A stretch of 64,000 bases of DNA from an uncultured Candidatus Binatia bacterium (GCA_965214605.1 OZ243961.1:704001-768000); one strand, 5' to 3'; shown: positions 30,234 through 41,098, counted from the stretch's first letter. The notes: generated from the letters alone by a model not told the origin. A program made the numbers and translations.

Positions 30234-31580
30234 TCACTCCTCGCTGACCCTCGGCTCATTACCAGCCACAAGGCTTGTTTCAAACACAATCCGCCCTTCT
30301 CGCTCCTGAGCCGCAATACGGGCCTCCAGATCCGCCCCGAGCTGGATCTTCCGCTGCTGTGGAAACTTGTCCCGTTCTAGCGGCGGGCGGAGATAAAACT
30401 CGTCCGGTGAATTGAGCGCCATCATGCCCTTGGGCGGCTCCAAGAACCACTCGCGGCGCATAAAGCCGGGACTGAAGAAAACCTGCCTGTCCTCGTCTGA
30501 CCATTGACGGTTGAGAATACCATGGATAGAGGCTTGGAGCAGATCAATCGGAATGTCCCACCACAGGTCGAACAGCACAGCATAGCCGTGATCGCCGAGC
30601 TGAGGATTGGCCTGTACGCCGGTCCGGGCATTGATAAAAGCCAGCGTCCCCTCCCGATCGTACTCTTCGATACGCAATGGAAAAAAAGACTGCTGATCAA
30701 CCCAATAGATCAGCTTGCTCATATAGTAATTGGCGTGCCAGTCTTTTTTGGGAATAGACTCCAGAACATAACAAGGGACCCCGCCATCTTCGGTGTACAG
30801 CGGATAATCTGGCCCCATGAGTTTAACATCCGCAGCGTGGACATCAATGTAGTTGCCTTCGGTATCGGTCAGCACCGCGGTTTGTCTGGTCACCGGAAAC
30901 CGCACGGTTTCATACAGCGTATCGACGCCTAAAATCTGCCACTCAAATTCCCAGGCATCCCGACCAATCAGGTCGTCAAAGGTCGCAGCCCCGTTGGGCA
31001 AGCGGTCTTCACGCCGGGGCGCAGGTTGACGTCGAATGCGACGCATCGAAGGCGAGTAGGCAAACAGCTCGACCTTGGTGGGAAAGGTCTGGTCGGTCCG
31101 GTAGCCGATAAACAACGTCTGGGTGCCGTAGCGCTCGGCCGGAGAAACGGCTTGTGACAGCCAGCGGAAGATTTCTTCGCCCGGTTCGGTGTTATACAGA
31201 TGCTCGACAAAACCGCCCGCGGGCAAGTATAAAATAGGAATAATCGACACTCGCTGGTCCATAAAGCCAGAGCCGGTAAGTGTTGTGGCGATATCAATCA
31301 GCGTGCTGTTCCAGTACGGAGAGTGCGGGTACTCCATGGACCGGATGCCCATCTCCTCTGCGCTATAAGGCGCTTCAAACGGAAATTTTTCAGCTGGCAG
31401 ATAGGGTACCTGGGCGTCGCGAGGGGTCGTGGTGCGCAGGTCGATCCTGGCCTTTTCTTGAGCCGACAGCTCCTCCACAGTCCGCCAGGTCCGAGGTGGC
31501 GTATCTTGGGCCAGCACCCAGGCTGGACACACTGCAAGGCTGAGGAGGGTTAACCCCCAGACACGGTCTACCCAGATCAC
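30234..31580 (-). CDS. DUF1329-like exported protein (paralog 2)
   Basis: Signal peptide; YSPSMRRIRRQP...RED...TFDD..GR; YWVD...FFPLRIEEYD; clearly similar to the adjacent paralog. Confidence 0.7.
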   Translation of the reverse strand: MIWVDRVWGLTLLSLAVCPAWVLAQDTPPRTWRTVEELSAQEKARIDLRTTTPRDAQVPYLPAEKFPFEAPYSAEEMGIRSMEYPHSPYWNSTLIDIATTLTGSGFMDQRVSIIPILYLPAGGFVEHLYNTEPGEEIFRWLSQAVSPAERYGTQTLFIGYRTDQTFPTKVELFAYSPSMRRIRRQPAPRREDRLPNGAATFDDLIGRDAWEFEWQILGVDTLYETVRFPVTRQTAVLTDTEGNYIDVHAADVKLMGPDYPLYTEDGGVPCYVLESIPKKDWHANYYMSKLIYWVDQQSFFPLRIEEYDREGTLAFINARTGVQANPQLGDHGYAVLFDLWWDIPIDLLQASIHGILNRQWSDEDRQVFFSPGFMRREWFLEPPKGMMALNSPDEFYLRPPLERDKFPQQRKIQLGADLEARIAAQEREGRIVFETSLVAGNEPRVSEE

Positions 31581-32917
31581 GGCACCTTAATCCCCGTCAC
31601 ACCAAGCGGAGTCTCAAAGACGAGATGTCCGGCCGCCTCCTGGGCCCGGATGCGGGCGGCTACCTCGGGCGCCAGCATGATTGTCCGGTCTTGCGGGAAT
31701 TTTTCCAGGTAGAGCCGGGGGCGTAGATAAAACTCGACCGGTGTATTCACCAGGGTCTGGGTTTTCAAGGGATGCATGAGCCAGCCCCGTCTCATGAAAT
31801 CTGGACTAAACGCGACCTCTTTATCCTTGGCCGACCATTCTTTCACCAGGTGGGCATCGTGGATGCTATAGCTCATTAGATCAAGTGACACATCGTAGTA
31901 CAGTGTCATCAGCGCGGCGTAGCCTTTGTCCTCCAGCTCCGGATTATCCTGCCTGGCGATCCGGACCTCAACAACCTGAAGCTGTCCATCGGCATTGTAC
32001 TGCTCAATGCGCAGCGGATAGAAATAGTGGCGGTCAAGCCAGTAAATGAGCTTGCTAGTCGGATAATTGGGCAGCCACTCCTCCCGGGTCGTGGATTCGA
32101 CCACATAACACTCTACACCACCGTCGGGCCGGTAGAAGGGATAGGTGTCCCACATCATTTTGAGCTGATCAGTCGCGATCTCAAAAAACGTCCCGTCCGG
32201 ATTGGCCAGGGTGAGGGTCGGACGGGTGACGGGAAAACGGACCGTCTCATACAAGACATCCCTCCCTAGTACACGCCAGCGAAACTCCCATGCATCGCGC
32301 CCAATGATATCGTCAAACGACTGCACATTGTTGGGAAACCGCTCACCCCGGCGGGGCTGGGGGATACGCCGCACCCGACGAAGTGCCGGTGCATAGGCAA
32401 AATAGTCCATCTTGGTCGAATTTTCTTTATCGGTCCGATGCATAATCCACAGATCTTGGCCGCCCAGCAGTTCGGCTGGAGCGGTGTAATAAAACACCAT
32501 CCGAAAAAAATCTTGGCCCGGCGGCGTTTGGAGATGACCGATAAGACCGGCCTCATCCGGCATGTAAAAATTGAGTCCGACCGTGACGCCTTGGTTGAGA
32601 TATCCGCCGCTGGTCATCGACCCAAACGCGTCGGCCATGACGTGTGACCAACGCGATACGTGGGTGAACTCCATGGAACGATAGCCTAGCTCTTCGGCCG
32701 TATACGGCGCTGCAAACGGATAGGGCTCGGCCGGAATATAAGGGACGGCCGAACTACGTGGGGTGTCGGTCCGAAAATCCAGCCCTATTTTTTCTTCGGC
32801 AGACAGCTCGGCGACAGTCTTCCAGGATTTTGGCTCGGCACCGTTATCCTGGGCACAGAGCCCGGCTGGTAAGAGCAAAACGGCGAGCAGGCAGGCGTGG
32901 GCGACAATACTGTTCAT
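31577..32917 (-). CDS. DUF1329-like exported protein (paralog 1)
   Basis: Signal peptide; YAPALRRVRRIP, SFDDIIGRDAWEF, YWLD..YFYPLRIEQY; 4-nt overlap with the next gene. Confidence 0.7.
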   Translation of the reverse strand: MNSIVAHACLLAVLLLPAGLCAQDNGAEPKSWKTVAELSAEEKIGLDFRTDTPRSSAVPYIPAEPYPFAAPYTAEELGYRSMEFTHVSRWSHVMADAFGSMTSGGYLNQGVTVGLNFYMPDEAGLIGHLQTPPGQDFFRMVFYYTAPAELLGGQDLWIMHRTDKENSTKMDYFAYAPALRRVRRIPQPRRGERFPNNVQSFDDIIGRDAWEFRWRVLGRDVLYETVRFPVTRPTLTLANPDGTFFEIATDQLKMMWDTYPFYRPDGGVECYVVESTTREEWLPNYPTSKLIYWLDRHYFYPLRIEQYNADGQLQVVEVRIARQDNPELEDKGYAALMTLYYDVSLDLMSYSIHDAHLVKEWSAKDKEVAFSPDFMRRGWLMHPLKTQTLVNTPVEFYLRPRLYLEKFPQDRTIMLAPEVAARIRAQEAAGHLVFETPLGVTGIKVP

Positions 32918-32920
32918 CGA

Positions 32921-34660
32921 CTAAAACTCGTAGCTCAACTCCCAGCCAATATTGTCATACTTACCGTACAGGGCGTAGAGGTCAGTACCAGCGCCGCTGC
33001 TAAAGGCCGTATAGGTCATCCGACCGGTGATAAATTGGGAAAAATTGTAGCTGGCCACTAGCCTGGTTTTGATACCCTGCCACTTGCGATTGGGCCCGCT
33101 GAGCCATGGGATTGCCGTAAAACTGATGTTTAAGCGGTCGCGCGTAAACCGAAAGGGCCGCCCGACAAACACCACCGGCAAGACGTTCCACTCATCCCCA
33201 ACCCCACCTCCAAATCCACCGCCTAGGGTTTCACGCCAATCGAAGGTGTACAGGAGCGAGGGCTGGAAGATAAACGAGGTATTGCCGGGGAGGGCAAATT
33301 CTAGCGCAACGGCGGCCCGTAGCGTATCCCGAGACACATGTCCGCCAGACTTAAAGCGCTCGCCTGCGCCAGCCTGGCGACGGGCAGACACCATGCGCCG
33401 CACGTCTTCGGCATCGTGTTGTCTGGTGTCAATGACAAAATCGGGCGACGGCAGATCGTCCACAGCCGCAAAGCGGCCGAAGTCCTGAAACTCGACGGCC
33501 TTGGTCCACAAACCCTCGACACGGAGCACCATGGGCAGCTCCCCTACCAGAGGCACGTTGGCGAAAGATGTGGCATAGTCGGCCGTCAGTCCAAGATGGT
33601 GCAGGCGGGTATGACGCGGCTGCAGAATCAGATGCACATCGCCGTTCTGGTCAATCGCCCGGTCAATAATGAAATTCTGGGCTGACTTGTTCCACGCGTA
33701 GTAGTAGACCAGTCCCCAGGTGAGAGGCTCCATGGAAACGTCTAAACGGACGCCGAACTCATGGTCGCCCCAGTCCCCGGACGACGGACGCCGCCGTTTG
33801 AGGATGTAATTGCCGGCAAAGTCCTTGCGACCGAGCAGGAGATCCTCATCGCTGGTCAGCATGCTCTCGGCATCGTCGGGCAAAAACGGGGCTGCCCAGG
33901 GCGAGCCATAGGGCGCGTTGCGGTCGTGCTCAAAATGCGGAATCCAGAGAAAGTTGAGCGAATTGGCGCTAAAGAAATACGTCGTATTCAGCATAAAGAC
34001 CGGCAGACGCCGAAACTCATACTCGGCCGCCTCGACCTGGGCACCCTCACGGTTATCGATGGCGTTGATCGTATCAATGTAGCGCCCGTCCATTTTTCCC
34101 CAAGCAATCTGTTGCTTGCCGATCACGAGGTCTAGATTATGGGTGCGATAGCTGACGTACAGCTCGCGCACAACCCGATCAAGATTATGGTAGGCCCGTA
34201 AGGTCTCACTCACTCGGTCGCCGTACAGGCCTGACGAGTCTTGCCAGTTGTACACTCCATCATACAGAAAATGGCTGATATTGGTGACTTCAATATTAGG
34301 CGAGAACTGATAGTGGGTCTCTAATTCCAGCAGGTTCTGGAGCTGGAGGAAGCGGAAATCTCTGCTGCGGTTATGGATCATCTGGTTGCTGGTCAACAAG
34401 ACATCTGACCACTGCCGATAAAAGCCTTTAAAGGTGAGAGCCGGAATGCGGCGTTCAACCGGCTGACGGACGTAACGGCCAGCCGGGTCAAAGGTCGCCA
34501 AAAAGCGGTCAAAGCGCGACCACGTATTACTCATCCAGCCAATCGGCTTGTTGAGCGGTCCATCCCAGAGTGCATAGCTCGGCGAGGTCCACAGCGTGAG
34601 GACAAGGCATCCGAACAAGTAGACTCGTCTAAAACGTTGCGGTTGTCGCATTCCTTTCAT
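32921..34660 (-). CDS. DUF1302-like outer-membrane beta-barrel protein
   Basis: Signal peptide, RELYV, IGKQQIAWG..DG..IDTIN, C-terminal ELSYEF (terminal Phe). Confidence 0.72.
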   Translation of the reverse strand: MKGMRQPQRFRRVYLFGCLVLTLWTSPSYALWDGPLNKPIGWMSNTWSRFDRFLATFDPAGRYVRQPVERRIPALTFKGFYRQWSDVLLTSNQMIHNRSRDFRFLQLQNLLELETHYQFSPNIEVTNISHFLYDGVYNWQDSSGLYGDRVSETLRAYHNLDRVVRELYVSYRTHNLDLVIGKQQIAWGKMDGRYIDTINAIDNREGAQVEAAEYEFRRLPVFMLNTTYFFSANSLNFLWIPHFEHDRNAPYGSPWAAPFLPDDAESMLTSDEDLLLGRKDFAGNYILKRRRPSSGDWGDHEFGVRLDVSMEPLTWGLVYYYAWNKSAQNFIIDRAIDQNGDVHLILQPRHTRLHHLGLTADYATSFANVPLVGELPMVLRVEGLWTKAVEFQDFGRFAAVDDLPSPDFVIDTRQHDAEDVRRMVSARRQAGAGERFKSGGHVSRDTLRAAVALEFALPGNTSFIFQPSLLYTFDWRETLGGGFGGGVGDEWNVLPVVFVGRPFRFTRDRLNISFTAIPWLSGPNRKWQGIKTRLVASYNFSQFITGRMTYTAFSSGAGTDLYALYGKYDNIGWELSYEF

Positions 34661-34696
34661 TATCCTTTCTCTTCGCTGACGGTATTGCTGCCCAAC

Positions 34697-35929
34697 TTAT
34701 TCTCCCGCGCTTTGCTGTACCAGAATACCAGTGTCTGACAGTTCGGCGATCCGGTCTGCCCTGTACCCCAAGTAGCGCTCCAGAACGGCGGCATTATGCT
34801 GTCCCAGATCGGGGGCAGGCACGACCTGCGGGAGCGGATGACCGGAAAACCGAAACGGAAAGCCGGGAATCATAAACTCGCCCAGCAGCGGGTCAGACAC
34901 AGAGCGCACGGCCTGGCGATCGACCAAGTGTGGATGCTCGACCAGCTCAGGCACCGTCAGCACAGGGGCGGCTGGTACACGTTCGCGGTCCAAGGCGTCC
35001 AGCGCCGCTTGGCGGTCGGGCAGGGACAGCAACCAACGCTCAATCTCGGGAATCAGAACCTCACGGTTTTTACGCCGCGCGCGGACATTCCGAAAGCGTG
35101 GGTCGTCCGACAAATCGGGCCGTTCCATGGCCTTGGTCAGTCCCTGCCACTGATGCTCCAGGGCAGCGATGATCATAATATAGCCCTGCGGAGCTTTAAA
35201 CACACCGCACGGAGTCAGCCCATTGTGATGCGATCCACCCCGGGTCGGAATAAACCTGCCCTGGGTTCCGGTATAAGTTTCGAGGCTGAAATCGTGGGTG
35301 TGCATATACGAGTCGAGGAGCGATACGTCGATGTACTGGCCCTCGCCGGTGCGTTCACGGTTCAGCAGACAGCACGCAATCGCGGCTAAGGCGTGAACCC
35401 CGGTACTGACATCGCCCATTGCCACCATAGGAATGACCGGCGGCTGATCAGGTTCGCCCATCACCTCAGTCACGCCGGCATACGCTTGGGCAATATAGTC
35501 AAAGCCTGGGACATGAGACAATGGACCGGTTTGACCTAAGGCTGAAATCGAACACATCACTAGTGCGGGGTTGAGGTCCTTCAAGACCTCGTAGCCCAGC
35601 CCCAAACGCTTGATTACCCCTGGGCTGTAATTCTCGACCACCACGTCAACATACGGGACCAGGGAGCGGACCAGCTCACGCCCAGTTTCGACTTTGAGAT
35701 TCACACATAGGCTCTGTTTGCCCAGATTATGCTGCATAAAATAGCCGCTGCGGCCTTTTTTCCAGACCGGGTTCTGGCGGGCCGGGTCTCCGGCTGGGGC
35801 TTGTTCGACCTTAATGACCTCGGCGCCCATCTCGGCCATCAGTCGCGTCGTCGTTGGTCCGGCGACAATCTGGGTAAAATCCAGCACCTTATAGCCTGAC
35901 AGCATTCCGCGCGTGTTTTCTGCGGCCAT
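34697..35929 (-). CDS. Family III CoA-transferase (CaiB/BaiF)
   Basis: LSGYKVLDFTQIVAGP, HNLGKQS, ENYSPG, MGDVSTG, PDLGQHN; RBS AGGAGG. Confidence 0.92.
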   Translation of the reverse strand: MAAENTRGMLSGYKVLDFTQIVAGPTTTRLMAEMGAEVIKVEQAPAGDPARQNPVWKKGRSGYFMQHNLGKQSLCVNLKVETGRELVRSLVPYVDVVVENYSPGVIKRLGLGYEVLKDLNPALVMCSISALGQTGPLSHVPGFDYIAQAYAGVTEVMGEPDQPPVIPMVAMGDVSTGVHALAAIACCLLNRERTGEGQYIDVSLLDSYMHTHDFSLETYTGTQGRFIPTRGGSHHNGLTPCGVFKAPQGYIMIIAALEHQWQGLTKAMERPDLSDDPRFRNVRARRKNREVLIPEIERWLLSLPDRQAALDALDRERVPAAPVLTVPELVEHPHLVDRQAVRSVSDPLLGEFMIPGFPFRFSGHPLPQVVPAPDLGQHNAAVLERYLGYRADRIAELSDTGILVQQSAGE

Positions 35930-36126
35930 ATGCTTTCCTCCTGACACAAGAATCTGGAACAGCAGCCTCTTTTCGACTGAGGGCCTGTTCAGGCGTTGGG
36001 GACCGAGCGGGATCATACTTTGGAACACTGAAACATGCAAGCAGACAGACAGCCACGCTCGGGCGGGTACACCCACCCTGTATCCGGCGCTATCGGACGA
36101 GAAGCCCTAACCTCTTTTTCTCTATG

Positions 36127-37416
36127 CTAGGGAGTTGGCGTATGCTGGCGTATCCACTGCGCTAGGGGCGAGAACACCTGTTGGGCCGCGGCCGTGCCCA
36201 GCAACACGTCGAGGTGGCCCCAATCCTGGAGGAGACGGTACTGGACGTCACGGCTCGCCGTTGCTCGGGCGGTATACTCAACCCGCCTGGCCCAGCCAAT
36301 GCCGGCTTTGTCCATATTGCTGCTGGCAAAGGCGATGATCGGAACGTTCAGTGTGGTCAGCGCGCTGGCATAGTCGAACTTGGCATCGGCCAAATGACGC
36401 TGGAGCTCGAAACCGCCGTGATTCTGTACCCGCGGCCAGTAGCGGTCCTGGTGTAAGAATATCCGGGCCAAAATCAGAATATCGGCGTAGCCGCCCTTGG
36501 CGTTTGACAGTCCTCCCTGCTGGCCATAGGTGGGAGAAACGAAGAGAAAGTGTTTTAGCATCTCGGCCCGATTCTCAAACAGGTGCACCGGCATGAAATC
36601 GGGACCGTCGGGCTCGGCCAGCGTATCCTGGAGCATCTTGATCCAGCGACGATACGGGACATAGCGTCGCTCCAGATCGTCGGCAAACCAGGTGGGAGTC
36701 TTTTGTCGTTGCCGATAAATCGCTCGTGTGTTGGGCGGCTCAAGGGCGTAGCCATCCAGTAAGGCCAGGCCAAGCACATCCTGGCGGCTATAGCGAGCCG
36801 CCATAAAGACTGCAAACGTCGCCCCTCGACTGTAGCCGCCAACGAAAATTTTTTGCACCCCGCTCATCTGACGGACAAAATCCGCAGCCACCGCGGCGTC
36901 CTCAATAAAGACCTGAGCGGTCCAGCCCTGCATAAAGCTGGAATCGAAGATCTGCTCACGGGTGATAAAATGTGTTCGGTAGTCGAGGGTCCAGGTTTCG
37001 ATCCCGCGCTGGGCCAGATACAGCCGCAGATCATAGCGTTCATCGGCCACAACAATATCGCCGTGGTGATGCGAGCCGGGCAGAAAGAAAAACACCGGCC
37101 GGACAGCGTGCGACGGCGTGTCTCCGCGCCGAATGCGGTGAACGGCGATATAGTCGTGCTGGCCGTGCGGAGGACGGCTACGCGTCCACACAGTCTCGCG
37201 GAGCGCAGGATGACCGCTAATCGTCCGCTCAGAGACACTCTGATTCCAGTCCGACCCTGCTCCATCCGGAGCGAGGGCAGACGCCGCCCGCTGCGCAGGG
37301 ATCGGAGCGGGCGGCGGATCGGCATACAGCTTGGGGTTGGAGAACGGCTTCTTCTCCGTCTGACTGCACGCGCTGACAAGCAGCAGGCAGGCAACGATGA
37401 GAGCAGCATTCAGCAT
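36127..37416 (-). CDS. Alpha/beta-hydrolase lipoprotein
   Basis: Lipobox LVSAC; FFLPG, TLDYRTH, GYSRG nucleophile elbow, GHLDVL. Confidence 0.8.
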   Translation of the reverse strand: MLNAALIVACLLLVSACSQTEKKPFSNPKLYADPPPAPIPAQRAASALAPDGAGSDWNQSVSERTISGHPALRETVWTRSRPPHGQHDYIAVHRIRRGDTPSHAVRPVFFFLPGSHHHGDIVVADERYDLRLYLAQRGIETWTLDYRTHFITREQIFDSSFMQGWTAQVFIEDAAVAADFVRQMSGVQKIFVGGYSRGATFAVFMAARYSRQDVLGLALLDGYALEPPNTRAIYRQRQKTPTWFADDLERRYVPYRRWIKMLQDTLAEPDGPDFMPVHLFENRAEMLKHFLFVSPTYGQQGGLSNAKGGYADILILARIFLHQDRYWPRVQNHGGFELQRHLADAKFDYASALTTLNVPIIAFASSNMDKAGIGWARRVEYTARATASRDVQYRLLQDWGHLDVLLGTAAAQQVFSPLAQWIRQHTPTP

Positions 37417-37419
37417 TGT

Positions 37420-38640
37420 CTAGATCAACACCTGTCCGTCGCGGAGCCGCCGAATCTCCGCTTCCGGCATGCTCAGCAACTCGCGCAATACCTCGTCCGT
37501 ATGCTGACCACGCTGTGGAGCCGCAGCTCGGACCTCACACGGCGTCCCTGACATCTGCCACGGAATACCGGCATGGATACGCCCGTCAAACTCGGGATGT
37601 TTTTTCTGCACCAGGTAGCCACGCGCTTCGAGATGCCGGTCGGTGGCGAGATCTTTGTTGCTCATCGATGGAAAAGCCGCCACTCCGGCTCTTTGTAAGA
37701 CCTCGGTCACCTCCCACCGGTCGCGCTGAACAGTCCAGGCTGTGAGGATCTCCTCCAGCGCGTCTTCGTTGGCTTTACGGGCGGTGACATTGGCAAAACG
37801 CTTATCGGTCGCCAACTCAGGCCGAGCGATGGCTTGACACAAGGCCCGCCATTCAGCGTCCGAGCCACACACGATCGTTACCCATTTGTCGGCGTCGCCC
37901 TGGCATTTAAAACAGCCGTGGGGCGCCATCCAGGGATCGTGATTACCGTCCCGCTCGGCTTGGGTGTTATTCATGGCGTAGTCCATCAGCCCTTCAGGCA
38001 TCAAGACCAGCAGCGCTTCCCACAGTGCCAGATCGACGTGCACGCCTCTACCGGTCCGCTGCCTATAGGCTAAGGCGGCCAGAGCCGCAAACGATCCAAA
38101 GATACCCGCGTTGGGATCACCATAGGAAATCCCGACTTCAGCCGGCCCCTTGTCCCGATAGCCGGACAGCGACGAAATCCCGGCCAGGGGCACCGAGGCT
38201 GGTCCGTAGCCCATATACGTACGCTCAGGTCCCGTCTGTCCATAGCCACAGATGGAAATCATAATGATATCGGGCTTCACCTGGCTGAGCGTTTCATAGC
38301 CAAAGCCCATGCGCTCGATGGCTCCGGCCGAAAAGTTCTGGACAACGATATCGGATTGCGTCGCCAGCTTTTTCACAATCTCGGCCGCCTCGGGTCGCGT
38401 CAGATCAAGCTGTATGCTCTTCTTGCCCTGATTGTACTGGTTAAAATAGCCCGCCCGGTTGGGACCCGGCTCGGCATCGACAAACGGCGGAATCAGACGC
38501 GTCACACATGGCCGTTTCTCACTCTCAATACGAATAACCTCCGCCCCCATATGGGCCATTTGCAGCGTACAATACGGGCCGGCCCAGGCCCAGGTAAAGT
38601 CCAGAACGCGAATACCATCCAAGGGTCGTGGGGATGCCAT
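37420..38640 (-). CDS. Family III CoA-transferase, BbsF-like subunit
   Basis: PLDGIRVLDFTWAWAGP, NQGKKS, SYGDPNAG, APHGCFKC. Confidence 0.92.
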   Translation of the reverse strand: MASPRPLDGIRVLDFTWAWAGPYCTLQMAHMGAEVIRIESEKRPCVTRLIPPFVDAEPGPNRAGYFNQYNQGKKSIQLDLTRPEAAEIVKKLATQSDIVVQNFSAGAIERMGFGYETLSQVKPDIIMISICGYGQTGPERTYMGYGPASVPLAGISSLSGYRDKGPAEVGISYGDPNAGIFGSFAALAALAYRQRTGRGVHVDLALWEALLVLMPEGLMDYAMNNTQAERDGNHDPWMAPHGCFKCQGDADKWVTIVCGSDAEWRALCQAIARPELATDKRFANVTARKANEDALEEILTAWTVQRDRWEVTEVLQRAGVAAFPSMSNKDLATDRHLEARGYLVQKKHPEFDGRIHAGIPWQMSGTPCEVRAAAPQRGQHTDEVLRELLSMPEAEIRRLRDGQVLI

Positions 38641-38650
38641 AGGATACCTC

Positions 38651-39859
38651 TTAAATGACGCCTTGCTGCTTCAGCTCTGCCACTTCCGCCTGTGACAGTC
38701 CCAGCTTACCGCAGTAGACCTGTTCATTATGCTCGCCCAGCAGCGGGGCCGGTCGAGGCGTCTCGCCCCCACCTTCGGAGACCTTAAATGGGGCACCGGG
38801 GTAGTCAAGCGTGCCAGCGACCTGGTGGCTGACCATGGTGAAGAACTCGCGGGCTTTCAGGTGCTCGGAAGCAAACAGGTCGGCCATGGTATTCACCGGA
38901 GCCATACAGATACGGCGATCTTGGCCGGCCTTGTAGAGGTCGGCCACCTTCCAATTGGCCGCCCACTCTTGGAGCAGGGGAAAGAGCGCGTCGTAGTTCA
39001 AGCCGCGTTGGACCCGGTCCTCGAAAATTTCCAGCGAGGCCCACTCGGGATCGCCCATCAGCTCAACAAAGCGCTGCCACTGATCTTCCTCCACGTTAAT
39101 CACAAACAGCTTGCCGTCTTGGCAGTCAAGCATACACCACGGAAAAATCGCTCGCCGTCCCAGGCGCGAGGTCTCATTTCCGGCATAGGTGTAATGCATA
39201 AAATTCATTTCCAGAATAGCGGCGATACACTCTTGAATCGACACATCAACATGCTGGCCCTGACCGCTCAGCAGCCGGTGATAATATGCGCCCAAGGTCG
39301 CTACTGCCGCGTGCACCCCGCCCTGGAAATCGGCTTGGTGGCCGAAGGCTTTGAGCGGTGGCAGGTCATCGTGGTCAGAGGCGCCGGGACTGATAAACGC
39401 CCAGCCACCGGCGTTGCTCGCCGTGAGGTCGTAAGCGCGATAGTCGCGGTGGGGCCCGGTACAGCCAAAATATGAAATTGTTGTCATGATGAGGCCGGGA
39501 TTGGTCCGCCCTAGCTTGTCAAAGTCGAGGCCTAAGCCAACCATCTCAGACGGCTGATAGTTGTGGATGAGCAGGTCGGCCTGGCTGCACAGACCCTGCA
39601 ACACCGCCCGGCCCTTTGCCAAGCGAAGATCTAGCGTGACCCCAAGCTTGTTGGTGTTCAAATATAGAAACAACCCGCTCTTTTCCGGGTGCGGGGTATC
39701 GCCGGGGAAGGGTCCGCACTGGCGGGCGCTATCGCCCCCGGGCTCTTCGATTTTGACCACCTCGGCTCCCAAATCGGCCAACAACTTGCCGAGATAGGGA
39801 GCCGAGACAAGATTGCCACATTCAACGACTTTGAGACCCGTCAGGAGTTGTTCTGCCAT
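38651..39859 (-). CDS. Family III CoA-transferase, BbsE-like subunit
   Basis: SAPYLGKLLADLGAEVVKIE, SGLFLYLNTNK, PAPLLGEHN. Confidence 0.92.
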   Translation of the reverse strand: MAEQLLTGLKVVECGNLVSAPYLGKLLADLGAEVVKIEEPGGDSARQCGPFPGDTPHPEKSGLFLYLNTNKLGVTLDLRLAKGRAVLQGLCSQADLLIHNYQPSEMVGLGLDFDKLGRTNPGLIMTTISYFGCTGPHRDYRAYDLTASNAGGWAFISPGASDHDDLPPLKAFGHQADFQGGVHAAVATLGAYYHRLLSGQGQHVDVSIQECIAAILEMNFMHYTYAGNETSRLGRRAIFPWCMLDCQDGKLFVINVEEDQWQRFVELMGDPEWASLEIFEDRVQRGLNYDALFPLLQEWAANWKVADLYKAGQDRRICMAPVNTMADLFASEHLKAREFFTMVSHQVAGTLDYPGAPFKVSEGGGETPRPAPLLGEHNEQVYCGKLGLSQAEVAELKQQGVI

Positions 39860-39880
39860 GGCTTGTCTCCATTAATCTCC

Positions 39881-41098
39881 CTAAATGACGCCTCGCTCGC
39901 TCAAGCGGACTAGCTCCTCGGCCTTCAGTCCGAGTAGATTCTGATACACCTCTTGATTGTGCTCCCCTAAAGCCGGCCCGACAGAACGCGCCGCCCCTGG
40001 CGTTCCGCTCAGCTTGGGCACAACGCCCTGCATGCGGATCGCACCGAGGAGCCGGTCGTGCAGACTGAGCACCATATCCCGCTCTTGGAAATGCGGATCA
40101 ATCGCAATATCGGCAATACTATTGACCGGCCCGGTTGGGATAATAGCGGCTTCAAGGCGTGGTAACAGGTCGGACAGCTCGTGTTCGGCCGTCCATCCGG
40201 CTACAATCGCGTCAATAGCGTCCCGGTTCTCGCCGCGCACCACAGCCGCTGCAAAACGCGGATCATCCAGCAGCTCTTCACGCCCCATAACTCGACACAG
40301 GCGGTCGAATAATTTATCGGAGTGGGCGGCAATAATAATCCATTTACCGTCCCGACACGGATACAGATTTGACGGAGCAAAACCGGGCAGGCTCGTGCCG
40401 GTCCGCGTCCGAATATGACCGGTTTTATCATACTCAGTCAGCGCCCCTTCCATCACCGCGAACACCGCCTCGTACAGGGCCGTATCAATGACCTGTCCAC
40501 GTCCACCATTCACATCCCGGTGATACAGCGCCAGCATAATGCCCAAGGCCGAGAACATACCGGCCAAGGAATCACCAATACTCACCCCAACTCGACTGGG
40601 CGGCCGATCCGGGAAGCCCACGCTGTAGCGCAGCCCACCAAACGCTTCTGCCACCGCGGCAAAGCCGGGCTTGTTTCGATTCGGTCCGGTTTGACCGTAG
40701 CCCGACACCCGGGCAAACACTAAACCAGGATTCCGCTCCCGCAGCACCTCATAGCCGAGCCCCCAGCCCTCAAACGTGCCGGGACGAAAGTTCTCCAGCA
40801 ACACATCGGCCTGAACAGCAAGCTTGCGCAGAATTTCTTGTCCTTCAGGCAGGCGCAGGTTGAGAGTAATACACTTCTTATTCCGGGCGATGTTTGGCCA
40901 CCATAAACTATGACCATCGACGAGCACCTGCCCAGTCGCACGCATGGGATCGCCCTGATTCGGCGGCTCAACCTTGATCACCTCTGCGCCAAAATCGGCC
41001 AGCAGCCTGGCACAAAACGGGGCAGCCAAAAGGACTCCACACTCAATGACGCGGATACCACTGAGGGGGCCGAAACTCGGGGTCGAATCAGCACTCAT
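39881..41098 (-). CDS. Family III CoA-transferase (formyl-CoA transferase-like)
   Basis: GPLSGIRVIE, ARNKKCITLN, ENFRPG, SGYGQTGP, SIGDSLAG. Confidence 0.92.
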   Translation of the reverse strand: MSADSTPSFGPLSGIRVIECGVLLAAPFCARLLADFGAEVIKVEPPNQGDPMRATGQVLVDGHSLWWPNIARNKKCITLNLRLPEGQEILRKLAVQADVLLENFRPGTFEGWGLGYEVLRERNPGLVFARVSGYGQTGPNRNKPGFAAVAEAFGGLRYSVGFPDRPPSRVGVSIGDSLAGMFSALGIMLALYHRDVNGGRGQVIDTALYEAVFAVMEGALTEYDKTGHIRTRTGTSLPGFAPSNLYPCRDGKWIIIAAHSDKLFDRLCRVMGREELLDDPRFAAAVVRGENRDAIDAIVAGWTAEHELSDLLPRLEAAIIPTGPVNSIADIAIDPHFQERDMVLSLHDRLLGAIRMQGVVPKLSGTPGAARSVGPALGEHNQEVYQNLLGLKAEELVRLSERGVI

